In this document: in pieces, positions 20,979 to 30,387 of the stretch
Position numbering within the stretch: the first letter of the stretch is position 1
Layout: the number at the start of each line of letters is the position of its first letter
Origin: a virus
Lineage: Duplodnaviria; Caudoviricetes
Length of the DNA: 59,424 nucleotides
Reading direction: 5' to 3' (one strand)
IMG/VR virus record: IMGVR_UViG_3300048772_000090
Span: 1 to 59,424 of that record
Program-made: the position numbers and the translations under genes
The notes under the pieces: generated by a model
The model's database searches: none
The model's input: only the letters and a program-made list of their open reading frames with translations
What the model was told of the DNA's origin: nothing

Positions 20979-21321
20979 TGGAAAATCGCTATTTATTTTA
21001 TGTCAAACAGATTCAACAAGATACAATTTCAACGTCCTGCGCCGCTTAGGACAACGCGGCAGGACTCTTCAGTATTGAAAAGCGCAGAGCATCAATCGAA
21101 TCATAACTTTAGGCTTGACAGACTCCGTGCTGAGGTGCATCCTTGCTGAGTCTGGAAGTCATGATCCAGATGCCCCGCCAGCGAAAAGTTCCGGGGGTCA
21201 TCTACGGATGGCCCCCGCGAGACTTTCCTAGCTAGGCTAATTCGCTGGCATTCTTTCCCCACACAAGGATTCCCTTTAGTGAGTGCAGGATTAGTGTGTC
21301 CAAAAAGGAATAACCGTCACA

Positions 21322-22335
21322 ATGCCGGGAATGAGTACAGGATTTCTTCAATTACGGCGTGGCCTTTTTGAGCACGTAAAAGACGGACGTGTGTCTTTTT
21401 TTGAAGCGAGTTTATATGTGGCAATTTTGAGCGATGCAAATCCAAGTACGGGAGTTTGTTACGGCTCCGCTGGATTATTCGCTGCGCTATACAGCCTATC
21501 CAGCAGGACATGCCGAGACGCGCTCGAAAAACTAGAAGAAAAAGGGTATCTAAGGCGGTTTCCAACACGCGGGAAACATGGTTCCTACCCTATTTTAGTA
21601 AACAAGTTTCGCTGCTCTGATGGTGCCATGAAGGGTAAATATGTAAACTGCTCAAAATCAACAGATTGGAATAAAGTTGTATATGATTTATGCGATGATG
21701 GTGTCAATGAGGGTGCCGTTGCTAGTGTCAATGAGGGTGTCAATGACAGTGCCGCAAGAGTAGATACTAGAGATAAGAAACAAGATAAAAAACAACTACC
21801 TTTGCTCGATGACGAGCATCGAGCGGTGATAGTGGAGCAGGAGATGAAAATTTACGAAGCATACCCTCGAAAGGTTGCACCTGACAAGGCAATCAAAGCA
21901 ATCCAAAAATCCGTAGAGCGGTTGGTAGAAGGTAATTCTCGTCATCCCCCGATGGATGAAATATCAGCAAGGAGATTTTTATGGAAGAAATCTGCTGAAT
22001 ATGCGGCTTCTCCTGCCGGACAAAAATCTATCAGCACTGAAGATTTTCGGCCTCATCCTTCGACATGGTTCAATCAGGGACATTATTTCGACGATTTTAG
22101 TGAATGGCAAAAACCAAATGGACAAAATGGAGCAACAAATGGAAAACAAACTGGACGCATCGAAAAAAATCTCGAATCTGGAGCGCAAGCAATCCGAGAT
22201 GTTATTGAGCCAAGAGCAAATTATTCAAGTCAAGATAATCGAGAAACTTACGGAGACGATGTGTTTTCGAGCGGCGGAGGGGAGCAAAAACTATTTCCGA
22301 ATAATGTCGGCGCGACTATCGAGGGAGAAATTTGA
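21322..22335 (+). CDS. phage replication initiator (N-terminal wHTH)
   Basis: HTH-like RTCRDALEKLEEKGYL, C-terminal YEAYPRKV and HPSTWFNQ; internal iterons; upstream of DnaB. Confidence 0.75.
   Translation: MPGMSTGFLQLRRGLFEHVKDGRVSFFEASLYVAILSDANPSTGVCYGSAGLFAALYSLSSRTCRDALEKLEEKGYLRRFPTRGKHGSYPILVNKFRCSDGAMKGKYVNCSKSTDWNKVVYDLCDDGVNEGAVASVNEGVNDSAARVDTRDKKQDKKQLPLLDDEHRAVIVEQEMKIYEAYPRKVAPDKAIKAIQKSVERLVEGNSRHPPMDEISARRFLWKKSAEYAASPAGQKSISTEDFRPHPSTWFNQGHYFDDFSEWQKPNGQNGATNGKQTGRIEKNLESGAQAIRDVIEPRANYSSQDNRETYGDDVFSSGGGEQKLFPNNVGATIEGEI
21701..21800 (+). repeat. iteron-like repeats GTGTCAATGA(G/C) x3 plus A-rich tract; putative origin
   Basis: GTGTCAATGA starts at 21701, 21725 and 21737, followed by AGATAAGAAACAAGATAAAAAAC. 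Confidence 0.6.
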
Positions 22336-22517
22336 GTATGTCATGCAGGCATTGACCACCCTTGGGGAAAGAGAGCGAGGAGAGGGAGAAACGGCGTTGA
22401 TTGATCTGGCCTCGATCCTGCGAGAAATTAGACTTCTGACGCCGAAGCCTAAAACAGCATACGAACAGGAAGTTGAAGAAATTCAAGCAGAGCAGCGCAA
22501 AGCAAGGGAGCAAGCAA

Positions 22518-23933
22518 GTGGGAATTGAGGATTATTCCATACCGAGTTCTCTTCCTGAGCCGCCAGAGGATAATCCTGCCCCTCGTGGGGATGGTAGGGC
22601 GTCTCTGGCTCAACTAAGCGTACCAGAGGGTCTACCGTCGTCGATTCACACAGAGATCGCCGTCCTTGGCGCTATGATGTTGGAGCGGGAAGCTATGCAG
22701 GAGGCTTTCACGCACCTTGAGGCGGAGGATTTTAGCCTAGACAGCCACCAGCGCGTCTTCAAGGCAATTCTGGCCGTTACAGATGGCTATAATCTTGGCG
22801 AGTCTGAGGAACTTTTTCTCCTCGTTCGTACAGAACTCGAACGTCGCAAGGAATTGGATGCTATTGGCGGACCAGCCTACCTCGCCTACCTTACCGAAGG
22901 CATTCCGCGCCACTTCAATATCGAATCTTACGTCCAGATCGTCAAGGACAAAAGTTTACTCCGCCAGTTGATGGGAGTTTTTCACGACGGAGGCATTCGC
23001 GCAGGAGACCAGAGCGAAGATGGAATCAATATTGCGACTGAGGTAATGTCTCAAGTAGCTGAGATTGTCGAAAACAATCAGATAAAAACTGAAGTCTTCG
23101 ACTCTCCTACAATGGCGATGGATGCGGCCCAACGACTGCTGGATAATCCAAAACAAGACCTTGCTATTCCTACCGGCTTCAAGCCTTTGGATGATTTTAC
23201 CAATGGAGGGATAAGACTTGGGGAACTGTGGGTTGTAGGAGCCTCGCCGTCTAGGGGTAAAACCACTCTTGCGCGTCAGATCGTAAAGCATGTTGTCCGG
23301 CAAGGAATCCCAGCCTACGTCCATTCAGGAGAGATGACAAAGGAATCTTGGTACGATGTTACGGCTTGTCTGTTGGTTGGAATGCCGTCGTGGAAGATTC
23401 GTGAGCCGTGGTTATTGAATTTGTCAGAAAAAGAGGCACTGCGGGTAGGACTGAAAGAACTTTCTGGACTTCCATTCCATATTTCGGACGCGGGAGGAAT
23501 CAACATTGACAAGCTGATTTGGAACGCCTCTCGTGCTCTACGTCAACATCAAATTCAGTTGCTTGTGGTAGATTATGCGCAGATCATCAACGCCAACGGC
23601 AAGGACGAAAGGCAGAAGGTCACACAAGTTGCTACTAAACTTAGAGTCTTTGCGAAGGATAACAATGTTGCTACAATCCTCCTTTCGCAAAGCCCTAGAC
23701 CGGAAGGAAGAAGCATCAACTCTCGACCTAATATGTTTTCCTTGAAGGAATCGGGGACTCTTGAAGAGGCTGCACACTGCGTTATTCTCCCGTTCCGTCC
23801 TGTTGATCCCGACACTAATTCTTTTACGGGAGAGGATGAGTTAGTGATTGGCAAATCCCGCTGGGGGCCTATAGGAAGTATTCCTTGCCGTCTAGATGGG
23901 AAGTATCTAAAGTTTGAAGAAAGAGTGGTATAA
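22518..23933 (+). CDS. dnaB: replicative DNA helicase, DnaB family
   Basis: EIAVLGAMM N-domain, IPTGFKPLD, GASPSRGKT, VVDYAQ, LLSQ, LKESGTLEEAA, KSRWGP. Confidence 0.92.
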   Translation: MGIEDYSIPSSLPEPPEDNPAPRGDGRASLAQLSVPEGLPSSIHTEIAVLGAMMLEREAMQEAFTHLEAEDFSLDSHQRVFKAILAVTDGYNLGESEELFLLVRTELERRKELDAIGGPAYLAYLTEGIPRHFNIESYVQIVKDKSLLRQLMGVFHDGGIRAGDQSEDGINIATEVMSQVAEIVENNQIKTEVFDSPTMAMDAAQRLLDNPKQDLAIPTGFKPLDDFTNGGIRLGELWVVGASPSRGKTTLARQIVKHVVRQGIPAYVHSGEMTKESWYDVTACLLVGMPSWKIREPWLLNLSEKEALRVGLKELSGLPFHISDAGGINIDKLIWNASRALRQHQIQLLVVDYAQIINANGKDERQKVTQVATKLRVFAKDNNVATILLSQSPRPEGRSINSRPNMFSLKESGTLEEAAHCVILPFRPVDPDTNSFTGEDELVIGKSRWGPIGSIPCRLDGKYLKFEERVV

Positions 23934-23934
23934 G

Positions 23935-24690
23935 ATGGGAAAAGAGACAAATATCGCGTGGACTTCACATACATACAATCCGGTCTGGGGATGCACAGAA
24001 GTGTCAATTGGATGCGATTTCTGTTATGCGCGTGTCCTTGATGCACGATGGGGTGAATCACATTGGGGTAAAGGTGTTCCACGTCGGGAGTTCGGCGATA
24101 AACATTGGGCCGAGCCTTTGAAGTGGGATAAGGACGCTGCGCGTGAAGGCGTTAAATCTAAAGTATTTTGCGCGTCAATGGCAGACGTTATGGATGACGA
24201 ATGGCCGGAAGGGACGAGAGAACGTCTTTGGGAGTTGATTGACAACACTCCTAACCTCATCTGGCAGCTACTTACAAAGCGTCCACACCGCTACCACCGC
24301 TATCTTCCTGCCGCGTTCAAGCATCGCAACGTGTGGCTAGGTACCTCTGCTGAGAACCAGCACTACTACGACATTCGCTGGCCTATTCTAGCGGACATGA
24401 GGATCGCAACAGGACTCACTACGTTCATAAGCTATGAGCCTGCACTTGGGCCTCTGACGCTAAGTAAGCACGCTCATCTCCTGGACGTTGGAGTACCGGA
24501 ATGGCTGATATGTGGTGGTGAGTCGGGAGCCAAGCGTAGGCCAATGAGCATCGAGTGGGCTGAGAACTTAAAGAAGGAATGTGAAGAGAATGGTGTTAGC
24601 TTCTATATGAAACAGATGTCGGCAAGGACTCCAGAAGAAGGTGCGGCGTTGATTCCAGCCAAGTTGCTGCTGAGGCAATTTCCAAAATGA
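23935..24690 (+). CDS. phage Gp37/Gp68 (DUF5131) family protein
   Basis: TNIAWT..TYNPVWGCTEVSIGCDFCYA, FCASMAD, LLTKRP, SYEPALG, GGESG, YMKQ. Confidence 0.88.
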   Translation: MGKETNIAWTSHTYNPVWGCTEVSIGCDFCYARVLDARWGESHWGKGVPRREFGDKHWAEPLKWDKDAAREGVKSKVFCASMADVMDDEWPEGTRERLWELIDNTPNLIWQLLTKRPHRYHRYLPAAFKHRNVWLGTSAENQHYYDIRWPILADMRIATGLTTFISYEPALGPLTLSKHAHLLDVGVPEWLICGGESGAKRRPMSIEWAENLKKECEENGVSFYMKQMSARTPEEGAALIPAKLLLRQFPK

Positions 24691-24738
24691 TTAAACGAAG
24701 GGGAATTACATACATGAGTCCCTTAGAGAGGACGCCGA

Positions 24739-25233
24739 ATGAAAATCTTCGATGACGAAGCGCGCCGAGCCTATGACGAGTGGGGCGCGAACTGTGGCCC
24801 CGGCGCTCTGGCTGCGATTGCGGGCCTAACCTTGGAGAAAGTGCGGCCCTTGATGGGTGACTTTGAGGCAAAAGGCTATACAAACCCAACGCTGATGTAC
24901 GAGTGCATGGCCCGAGCGGGGCTCAAATGGAAAGCTCTGAAAGATAGGACCACATGGCCGAAGTATGGGCTGGTTAGAGTCCAGTGGGAGGGTCCATGGA
25001 CGAAAGAAGGCGTGCCGATGCGGGTCAGATATCGGCACACGCATTGGGTTGGAGCTGCGACAGAAGACGATGGTTTAGTCCGCATCTTCGATATCAACGC
25101 GGCGTCGGTTGGAGGCTGGATTCAGATCGCAGAATGGAAAAACAGTCTTGTTCCTTGGATTATTGAGCACTGCGTTCCCAAGGCAGACGGAAGATGGCAC
25201 CTAACGCATGTGCTGGAAGTGGAAAGGGACTAA
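24739..25233 (+). CDS. hypothetical protein, possible papain-like fold
   Basis: NCGPGALA...HWV...IFD could be a Cys-His-Asp triad. Confidence 0.5.
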   Translation: MKIFDDEARRAYDEWGANCGPGALAAIAGLTLEKVRPLMGDFEAKGYTNPTLMYECMARAGLKWKALKDRTTWPKYGLVRVQWEGPWTKEGVPMRVRYRHTHWVGAATEDDGLVRIFDINAASVGGWIQIAEWKNSLVPWIIEHCVPKADGRWHLTHVLEVERD

Positions 25234-25556
25234 TGTATATAAATCCCAAACGAAGCCCCATTCGTAAAGTGCGTTCCAAGCCGCGTCATGGACGCCTCAA
25301 AGGTGACGATATGGAAGAACTCCGTCAGGCTGTCTATGCCCGAGACGTGGGACACTGCCAGCGTTGTGGGATCATCACCATATTCGGAGCGCCAGAGGAG
25401 TGGGATAACAGCTTTCACCTCGCGCACCGTAAGGGTAAGCGTATGTGGGGTGACAGCCTCGAAACAACGGAGGTCAACTGCGGGAAATGCCATCGCCAAT
25501 TCCACGCCTACGGCCCAAGTATGGAGAAGCCTTGTCCGCCGAAATCTGTTGACTAG
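25233..25556 (+). CDS. small HNH-like protein
   Basis: RDVGHCQRCG...HLAH...NCGKCH. Confidence 0.6.
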   Translation: MYINPKRSPIRKVRSKPRHGRLKGDDMEELRQAVYARDVGHCQRCGIITIFGAPEEWDNSFHLAHRKGKRMWGDSLETTEVNCGKCHRQFHAYGPSMEKPCPPKSVD

Positions 25557-25603
25557 GCGCAGAGTTAGGTGTACCGTTTTCCTAGCCGCGAAAGGAAAAA
25601 CCG

Positions 25604-26065
25604 ATGGAACCAAATCAGAATCCGCCAAGCGAACGAGCATGGAGCATAGCAGAGCAAGAGGAATTCTTCGCCTCTCAGGATGCAATTACTGGGGCAATAA
25701 TCAGTAATGCTCCGTTTCGTGAAAATTGGTTCCTGTATCCGGCAGGAATCCACGTCACATACATCACTCCTCCAGCGCAGGGCTGGCCTATTGCGATGCA
25801 CTGTCCAATTTGCAGGGATACTACTTTCATCCTGTCGCCGTGGGCTATAAAGCCGATAAATGGGGATTACTTTAAGATGAAGGACACATGCTCCGCTGAC
25901 GGAATATGCGACCAGCACAACATGAGAATGGCGGTGAACGGGATGAATCCGCACATATACGAAAGGATACTGTGCGGCCCATACGACGCCGTAATTGAGC
26001 AGGAGATGAGCATTGAAGAGGCCAAGAGACGGTTTCCCAATACTCCTGTTCCCGGAGAGAAGTAG
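25604..26065 (+). CDS. hypothetical protein
   Basis: AAGGA RBS, 153 aa. Confidence 0.6.
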   Translation: MEPNQNPPSERAWSIAEQEEFFASQDAITGAIISNAPFRENWFLYPAGIHVTYITPPAQGWPIAMHCPICRDTTFILSPWAIKPINGDYFKMKDTCSADGICDQHNMRMAVNGMNPHIYERILCGPYDAVIEQEMSIEEAKRRFPNTPVPGEK

Positions 26066-26497
26066 ATGCCTCTATACCCGCCAAGAACAGCATTGACCGC
26101 CGAGAGAAATTACGATGTCCTTACCGACTTCCTGAAGCGCGTTTCATATAAGCCGGGATGGAATATATCTATAAGACAAGAGCAGAATAACTACGGGTTT
26201 GTCGTAGAAGTGGTTTACGAAGGCTACGAATCGGAAAACGCGCCTTTTACTCCTCTCGCCGCAGAGGATATACGGGTAACAGTGAGTAGAGCTAGGTTAA
26301 TAGGTAAGAAGTTCCGCCAGTCAGAGAGACTTTACTTCCGTAGGGACTTCGACATGTATACCTTGGAGAATATGACGCCTGAAAATCTTATCAAATACGT
26401 CATTGGCGACACGATCAAACAGGCGGAGATGTTCGAGTTTGATAGATGGTTCAAAGTGGATGGAGACAAGGTTTTCGATAGCGGGGCAGGAAAATGA
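26066..26497 (+). CDS. hypothetical protein
   Basis: Coupled ORF; YKPGW motif. Confidence 0.65.
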   Translation: MPLYPPRTALTAERNYDVLTDFLKRVSYKPGWNISIRQEQNNYGFVVEVVYEGYESENAPFTPLAAEDIRVTVSRARLIGKKFRQSERLYFRRDFDMYTLENMTPENLIKYVIGDTIKQAEMFEFDRWFKVDGDKVFDSGAGK

Positions 26498-26844
26498 TAT
26501 ATAACAAACTCTATGTCGTCTTCGATGTATTCGGTAATCCTTACGCCGTTTCCCCAGTGCGAGAGGATTTTTCCTACCATGATCCTGATCGCACCAAGGA
26601 ATATGTGAGAGAGGAAGTAGCGAAGTCGCTCGCCAACGGCAAAGTTGACCTTATGATTAAGGTAAATGAATTGAAACAGGAGCTAGCAGAGGATGAAGCC
26701 CTAAGAGATCGCCTCAGTGACCTCCTAAACGACATAGCAAACGCTCTACATGGTGGGCCAAAGGAAAACGGGCTATGGTCGTTCCACGATCTTCCTGAGT
26801 TGGCTACCAAAGCGATGGAGCGAATCGCTGAGTTGGAGGCATGA
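26494..26844 (+). CDS. hypothetical protein
   Basis: Coupled ORF; SFHDLPELA motif. Confidence 0.65.
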   Translation: MIYNKLYVVFDVFGNPYAVSPVREDFSYHDPDRTKEYVREEVAKSLANGKVDLMIKVNELKQELAEDEALRDRLSDLLNDIANALHGGPKENGLWSFHDLPELATKAMERIAELEA

Positions 26845-27278
26845 TGAAAGCACTATCGTTGTGGCAGCCATGGGCTGAGATGATCTTTCGGACGGATGAT
26901 GACGGCGTTGCGCTCAAGCCGGATGAGACGCGATCTTGGCCTACGCGCGTTCGAGGACGCATCGCTATTCACGCGGCAAAGAAGCCGCTGCGTAGCATCT
27001 TGCGCGAGTTCCCCCAACTCAAGATGTCTCTCATGCTCTGCGGGGTGCGTGAACACGAATTAGCATTTGGTGCGATCATCGGCACGGTTGAGATTGTCCA
27101 CTGCTTGCCCACGGCTTTAGTAAGACGCGCTGATTGGCAACTGTGCTGGGGTGACTACACCCTAGGACGGTGGGCGTTTGAATTGCTGTCCCCTATCCGA
27201 TTTGAAACGCCAATCCCCTACATCGGACGACAAGGGTTCTTCAACGTCCCTGACGATTTAGTGGCGAGGGAGCGATGA
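26841..27278 (+). CDS. ASCH domain protein
   Basis: KALSLWQPWAEMI, ETRSW, RGRIAIHA, GAIIGTV, GRQGFF. Confidence 0.88.
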   Translation: MMKALSLWQPWAEMIFRTDDDGVALKPDETRSWPTRVRGRIAIHAAKKPLRSILREFPQLKMSLMLCGVREHELAFGAIIGTVEIVHCLPTALVRRADWQLCWGDYTLGRWAFELLSPIRFETPIPYIGRQGFFNVPDDLVARER

Positions 27279-27934
27279 GCAGCCTTTGGCGTGTAGTCTG
27301 GAACCTCCGTGGGACAAATGGGCCTCGTCAGACTACCGAGTACGCACAGGAGAAAAACGCAATGGACTGGGCAAATGGGATGCTCAAAGGTGGGGCGAAC
27401 GGAATCTTCGTAACCGAACTAATCATAGGTAAGAGCGTCCACGTTGACAACAAAGACGCTACTCCTGCGGCTCTCCCATCCCAAGACTAAAAAATAAAAC
27501 TTGACATTTTCCAAATTTCGCGCATCATATAGTTATATGGTGGCACTGAGAATCCAACTCGGAGCGAAAGTACAGCGCAGGAACTACAACGGCATGGATA
27601 CTCCGGGGTCGGTCGTTCGCTTGAACTCTATGGAAGCTCTTGTTTTCTGGCCAGATGATGGGTTCTACGAGATCGTTCCTATCGCGGGGCTGGAATCATA
27701 CGATGCTATGCGCGAACTTGTAGCCGCCTAAAACCCCATTAAAAGCCAAAGCGGAACAGTACGACCGGGAGGAAGTTAACTGTTCCGCTTTAACGCGGCT
27801 GCGCGGAATAAGGGAGGAAAATCGACGCGCTAGGACTAATCTACCAAGATTCTCCACTTACGTCAAGCATCCTGTTCCGAGCAAGAAGAAGGGAGCCGGT
27901 TTTATCCGGCCCCATGTAGATAAACATGTAAGTA

Positions 27935-29326
27935 TTACTGCTGTGCTTCGTGCTGCTGGATAAAGTCGAGTGTTGCTTCTGAAAAACCATCCACATGTAG
28001 CCACTCACCATAGCCGATGCCATTACGGTCTGCACCGACGTTGATGAGGTAGTTATTCTTACCGAACGGCTTTGCGCTCGATGGCTTATTCACCAAGTCG
28101 CAGTCCTGCTCGTCCGTAAAGACCACGATACGGTCGGCGTCTGATTCCTTCTCCCGCAGCACGTCAATCACTTGCTTGAGGAAGATTCCGCCGCCGCCAA
28201 TTGTGTGACACGTCTTCTCATATGAGAGCAGGTCGCGGAGTCCGAATCCCCTGCGCGGAGGAATCAGCATCGTAGCGTGCTTGCGAGCGCAGTCGTCTCC
28301 AGCGGTTGCGTAGATTACTACGTCTTCGCAGACCTCACGAAGCAGCATTGCCAAAGCCGCAGCCGCACTCAGCCTATCCAGTTCGGACTTGCCAGAGATT
28401 TGACCGTGCATCGACCCAGAGCAATCCACAACTAGCACGGTCTTACCTGCCAGTTTAGGTTGACCCTCAAGGCAACGGAACATCGCTTGCTCCAACTCAG
28501 GCTCCAACTTTGGCGCATACTTCGCCGCCGTAATGAACCGGAAAGGAAGAACGCGCTCCGTCCTCATATTCGTCAAAGCCCCGCGAATAACCGACTGATC
28601 CACCTTCGCTTCCTGCATATTCCGCAGGTTGCGAAGCAACGCCAGAGCACCAAGCTGATTCTCTTCGATGAGACGAGTAAACGTCGCCTTCTTATCCTTA
28701 CCAGCCGACAGATTCGACTCCCAAGTGTCAGGAGCCGTCAACTTGTTCTCGGCCAGTTCCTTCCAGAGTGCCGTCTGCTCATCGTTCTGAGGCTTTGCAT
28801 GGACGAGGAAGAGCACGTCGCGCATGGCTACTTGGCCATCCCGGTTCGCGTACTTGCTCAAGGAATATCTGTCGAACTTCTGGAATGCCGCCGCTAGACC
28901 CTTCTTCATCTGAGCCGTCAAGGGCTGCTTTCCGTCCTTCCAGTGCATCGCAATAAGCTCGGCCATCTCGTCAGGACGCTGCACACAGGAAGCGATTGCA
29001 CCTGATACGACAGCGCGAGCCTCTTCCGTCTTGGCGCGGATCAGTGCAACGATAAGCCAGAGCGGGGCATGGCGCAGCTTGAACTTCGTCCGCGCCTCAT
29101 ACGCGATGTTACCGACGATCCCCGCACCATCCTTCAACTTCAGGACAGCAGCAACTTCATCGTGGATGCGCTTGGCAATCTCGACACCCTCTTCGTAGAA
29201 AGTGCCCTCAAAGAGCATCGTCGCCATCACAGAGCGGCGAAGCTGTTGAACAGCGTTAATGCGAACGGCTACCGCACCCTCATGGGTGTGGATAGGCGGA
29301 GTCTTTACGGCGACGTTGGTACGCAT
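27935..29326 (-). CDS. Ro60/Rsr-like TROVE domain protein with vWA domain
   Basis: THEGAVA, FEGTFYE, TWES, ALLRNLRNM, LPFRF, vWA MIDAS VVDCSGSM and VFTDEQ. Confidence 0.92.
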   Translation of the reverse strand: MRTNVAVKTPPIHTHEGAVAVRINAVQQLRRSVMATMLFEGTFYEEGVEIAKRIHDEVAAVLKLKDGAGIVGNIAYEARTKFKLRHAPLWLIVALIRAKTEEARAVVSGAIASCVQRPDEMAELIAMHWKDGKQPLTAQMKKGLAAAFQKFDRYSLSKYANRDGQVAMRDVLFLVHAKPQNDEQTALWKELAENKLTAPDTWESNLSAGKDKKATFTRLIEENQLGALALLRNLRNMQEAKVDQSVIRGALTNMRTERVLPFRFITAAKYAPKLEPELEQAMFRCLEGQPKLAGKTVLVVDCSGSMHGQISGKSELDRLSAAAALAMLLREVCEDVVIYATAGDDCARKHATMLIPPRRGFGLRDLLSYEKTCHTIGGGGIFLKQVIDVLREKESDADRIVVFTDEQDCDLVNKPSSAKPFGKNNYLINVGADRNGIGYGEWLHVDGFSEATLDFIQQHEAQQ

Positions 29327-29346
29327 GGTTTACTCTCCCTTTTGCT

Positions 29347-29380
29347 GCAAGATAAAGGGCTACCCCGGAGGATAGCCCTT
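29347..29380 (-). terminator. hairpin plus weak U-tract between the Y RNAs and the TROVE gene
   Basis: AAGGGCTA-loop-TAGCCCTT followed by TATCTT on the minus strand. Confidence 0.5.
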
Positions 29381-29388
29381 AGTATTGA

Positions 29389-29526
29389 TCGGTCGGAACA
29401 TACGCCTACGGTAATTTTACGTGCTCTACCACTGAGCTACGCTTCGCGGTGACCCGAAAAGCGGAAGGATTCGAACCTTCGTCCTCGTCCTTAGCATGGA
29501 AGTAACCGTAAACTTCACCAGACCGA
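29389..29526 (-). ncRNA. YrlA-like Y RNA 1 (tRNA-mimic domain)
   Basis: Terminal stem TCGGTC/GACCGA; T-arm GAAGG-TTCGAAT-CCTTC precedes D-arm TAGCTCAGTGGTAGAGC (permuted order typical of YrlA); next to the Ro60 gene. Confidence 0.85.
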
Positions 29527-29534
29527 ACATCTAA

Positions 29535-29666
29535 GAGCCGAGAACATTCGTAACAATCTCCCTTGCGGGAATCTTGCCTTACCAATTAGGCGAGTAGTTA
29601 GATTTCTCTAACCCCATTGGAATTGAACCAATAATAGAGATGTAATTGTTACTACCACTACGGCTC
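29535..29666 (-). ncRNA. YrlA-like Y RNA 2
   Basis: Terminal stem GAGCCG/CGGCTC; T-arm TTGG-TTCAATT-CCAA then D-arm GCCTAATTGGTAAGGC; shares TAC.TC and TGTTC motifs with RNA 1. Confidence 0.75.
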
Positions 29667-29683
29667 GTACTTATAAAACTTTT

Positions 29684-29763
29684 GTCGAAGGAACAAGCGA
29701 ACTCGGAAGGTGCCCGAAGGCTTTTCTGTTCAAGAGAAGTATCCGAACTCTTCACCATTCGAC
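29684..29763 (-). ncRNA. short Y-RNA-like RNA lacking the tRNA domain
   Basis: GTCGAA/TTCGAC stem with the same TGGTGAAG, TACTTC and TGTTCC motifs as RNA 1. Confidence 0.65.
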
Positions 29764-29784
29764 AAAACTTGTACTTCTAAACTT

Positions 29785-29910
29785 CGCGAAGCAGACGGGA
29801 GTCGAAACCCGTAGGAGTCATTAAAAGTGGCCCCTGTCACCATCCAAGAGAGACTTTCGAAAGTCCGTCTCGTCAACCTGCAATCTGGGTATCAGCCAGA
29901 AGGCTTCGCG
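29785..29910 (-). ncRNA. unknown tRNA-like structured RNA
   Basis: 8-bp terminal stem CGCGAAGC/GCTTCGCG, 3' T-arm-like ACGGG-TTTCGACT-CCCGT, three internal hairpins. Confidence 0.5.
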
Positions 29911-29952
29911 CTATTCCCCGCCGTCGCGGGAAACTCAAACTCAACATTCACA

Positions 29953-29981
29953 ACTCTAAGCGCAGTTCTAAAACTTGTCAA
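29953..29981 (-). promoter_or_regulatory. sigma70-like promoter of the Y RNA-Ro60 unit (TTGACA-17-TAGAGT)
   Basis: Perfect -35 with 17-nt spacer. Confidence 0.65.
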
Positions 29982-30015
29982 GCAAAATCTGCGCTTTATT
30001 TCCACAAATCTAAAA

Positions 30016-30090
30016 TGGAGCGGGAGAAGGGAATTGAACCCTCTGCGCCTTGCTTGGAAGGCAAGCACTCTACCGATGAGCTACTCCCGC
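30016..30090 (-). tRNA. tRNA-Gly(TCC)
   Basis: Cloverleaf; CTTGC-CTTCCAA-GCAAG; CCA. Confidence 0.92.
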
Positions 30091-30351
30091 CTATTTCTTC
30101 ACAACGTCCTTCCAGAACTCCACAACACTCTCAATCCCTGTATCGTCCATCAACTCGAAATCTACTTCCCCGATGGACTCTATCGAAAGGTCGCAGCATG
30201 TATCCACTTTGGCCTCCAGAGCCTTGCAGCGCATCACCTCTAGCTTCTCTTGGCACTGCATGACGGCGGATACCATATCGTCGGCACGGAAGACCATATC
30301 CGGGACAGGAGTACACTCACAACCTGATAACGTAGCAATGTAAACTGGCAT
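30091..30351 (-). CDS. hypothetical protein within tRNA operon 1
   Basis: GGGAGG RBS, start MPVYIATL, 86 aa. Confidence 0.6.
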   Translation of the reverse strand: MPVYIATLSGCECTPVPDMVFRADDMVSAVMQCQEKLEVMRCKALEAKVDTCCDLSIESIGEVDFELMDDTGIESVVEFWKDVVKK

Positions 30352-30387
30352 GTTTGAATCCTCCCGAACAATAGTAACACTGAAACA

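Noticed and set aside
29389-29526. Circularly permuted or split tRNA gene
   Set aside because: T-before-D order inside a long closing stem beside a Ro60 gene is the known YrlA layout.
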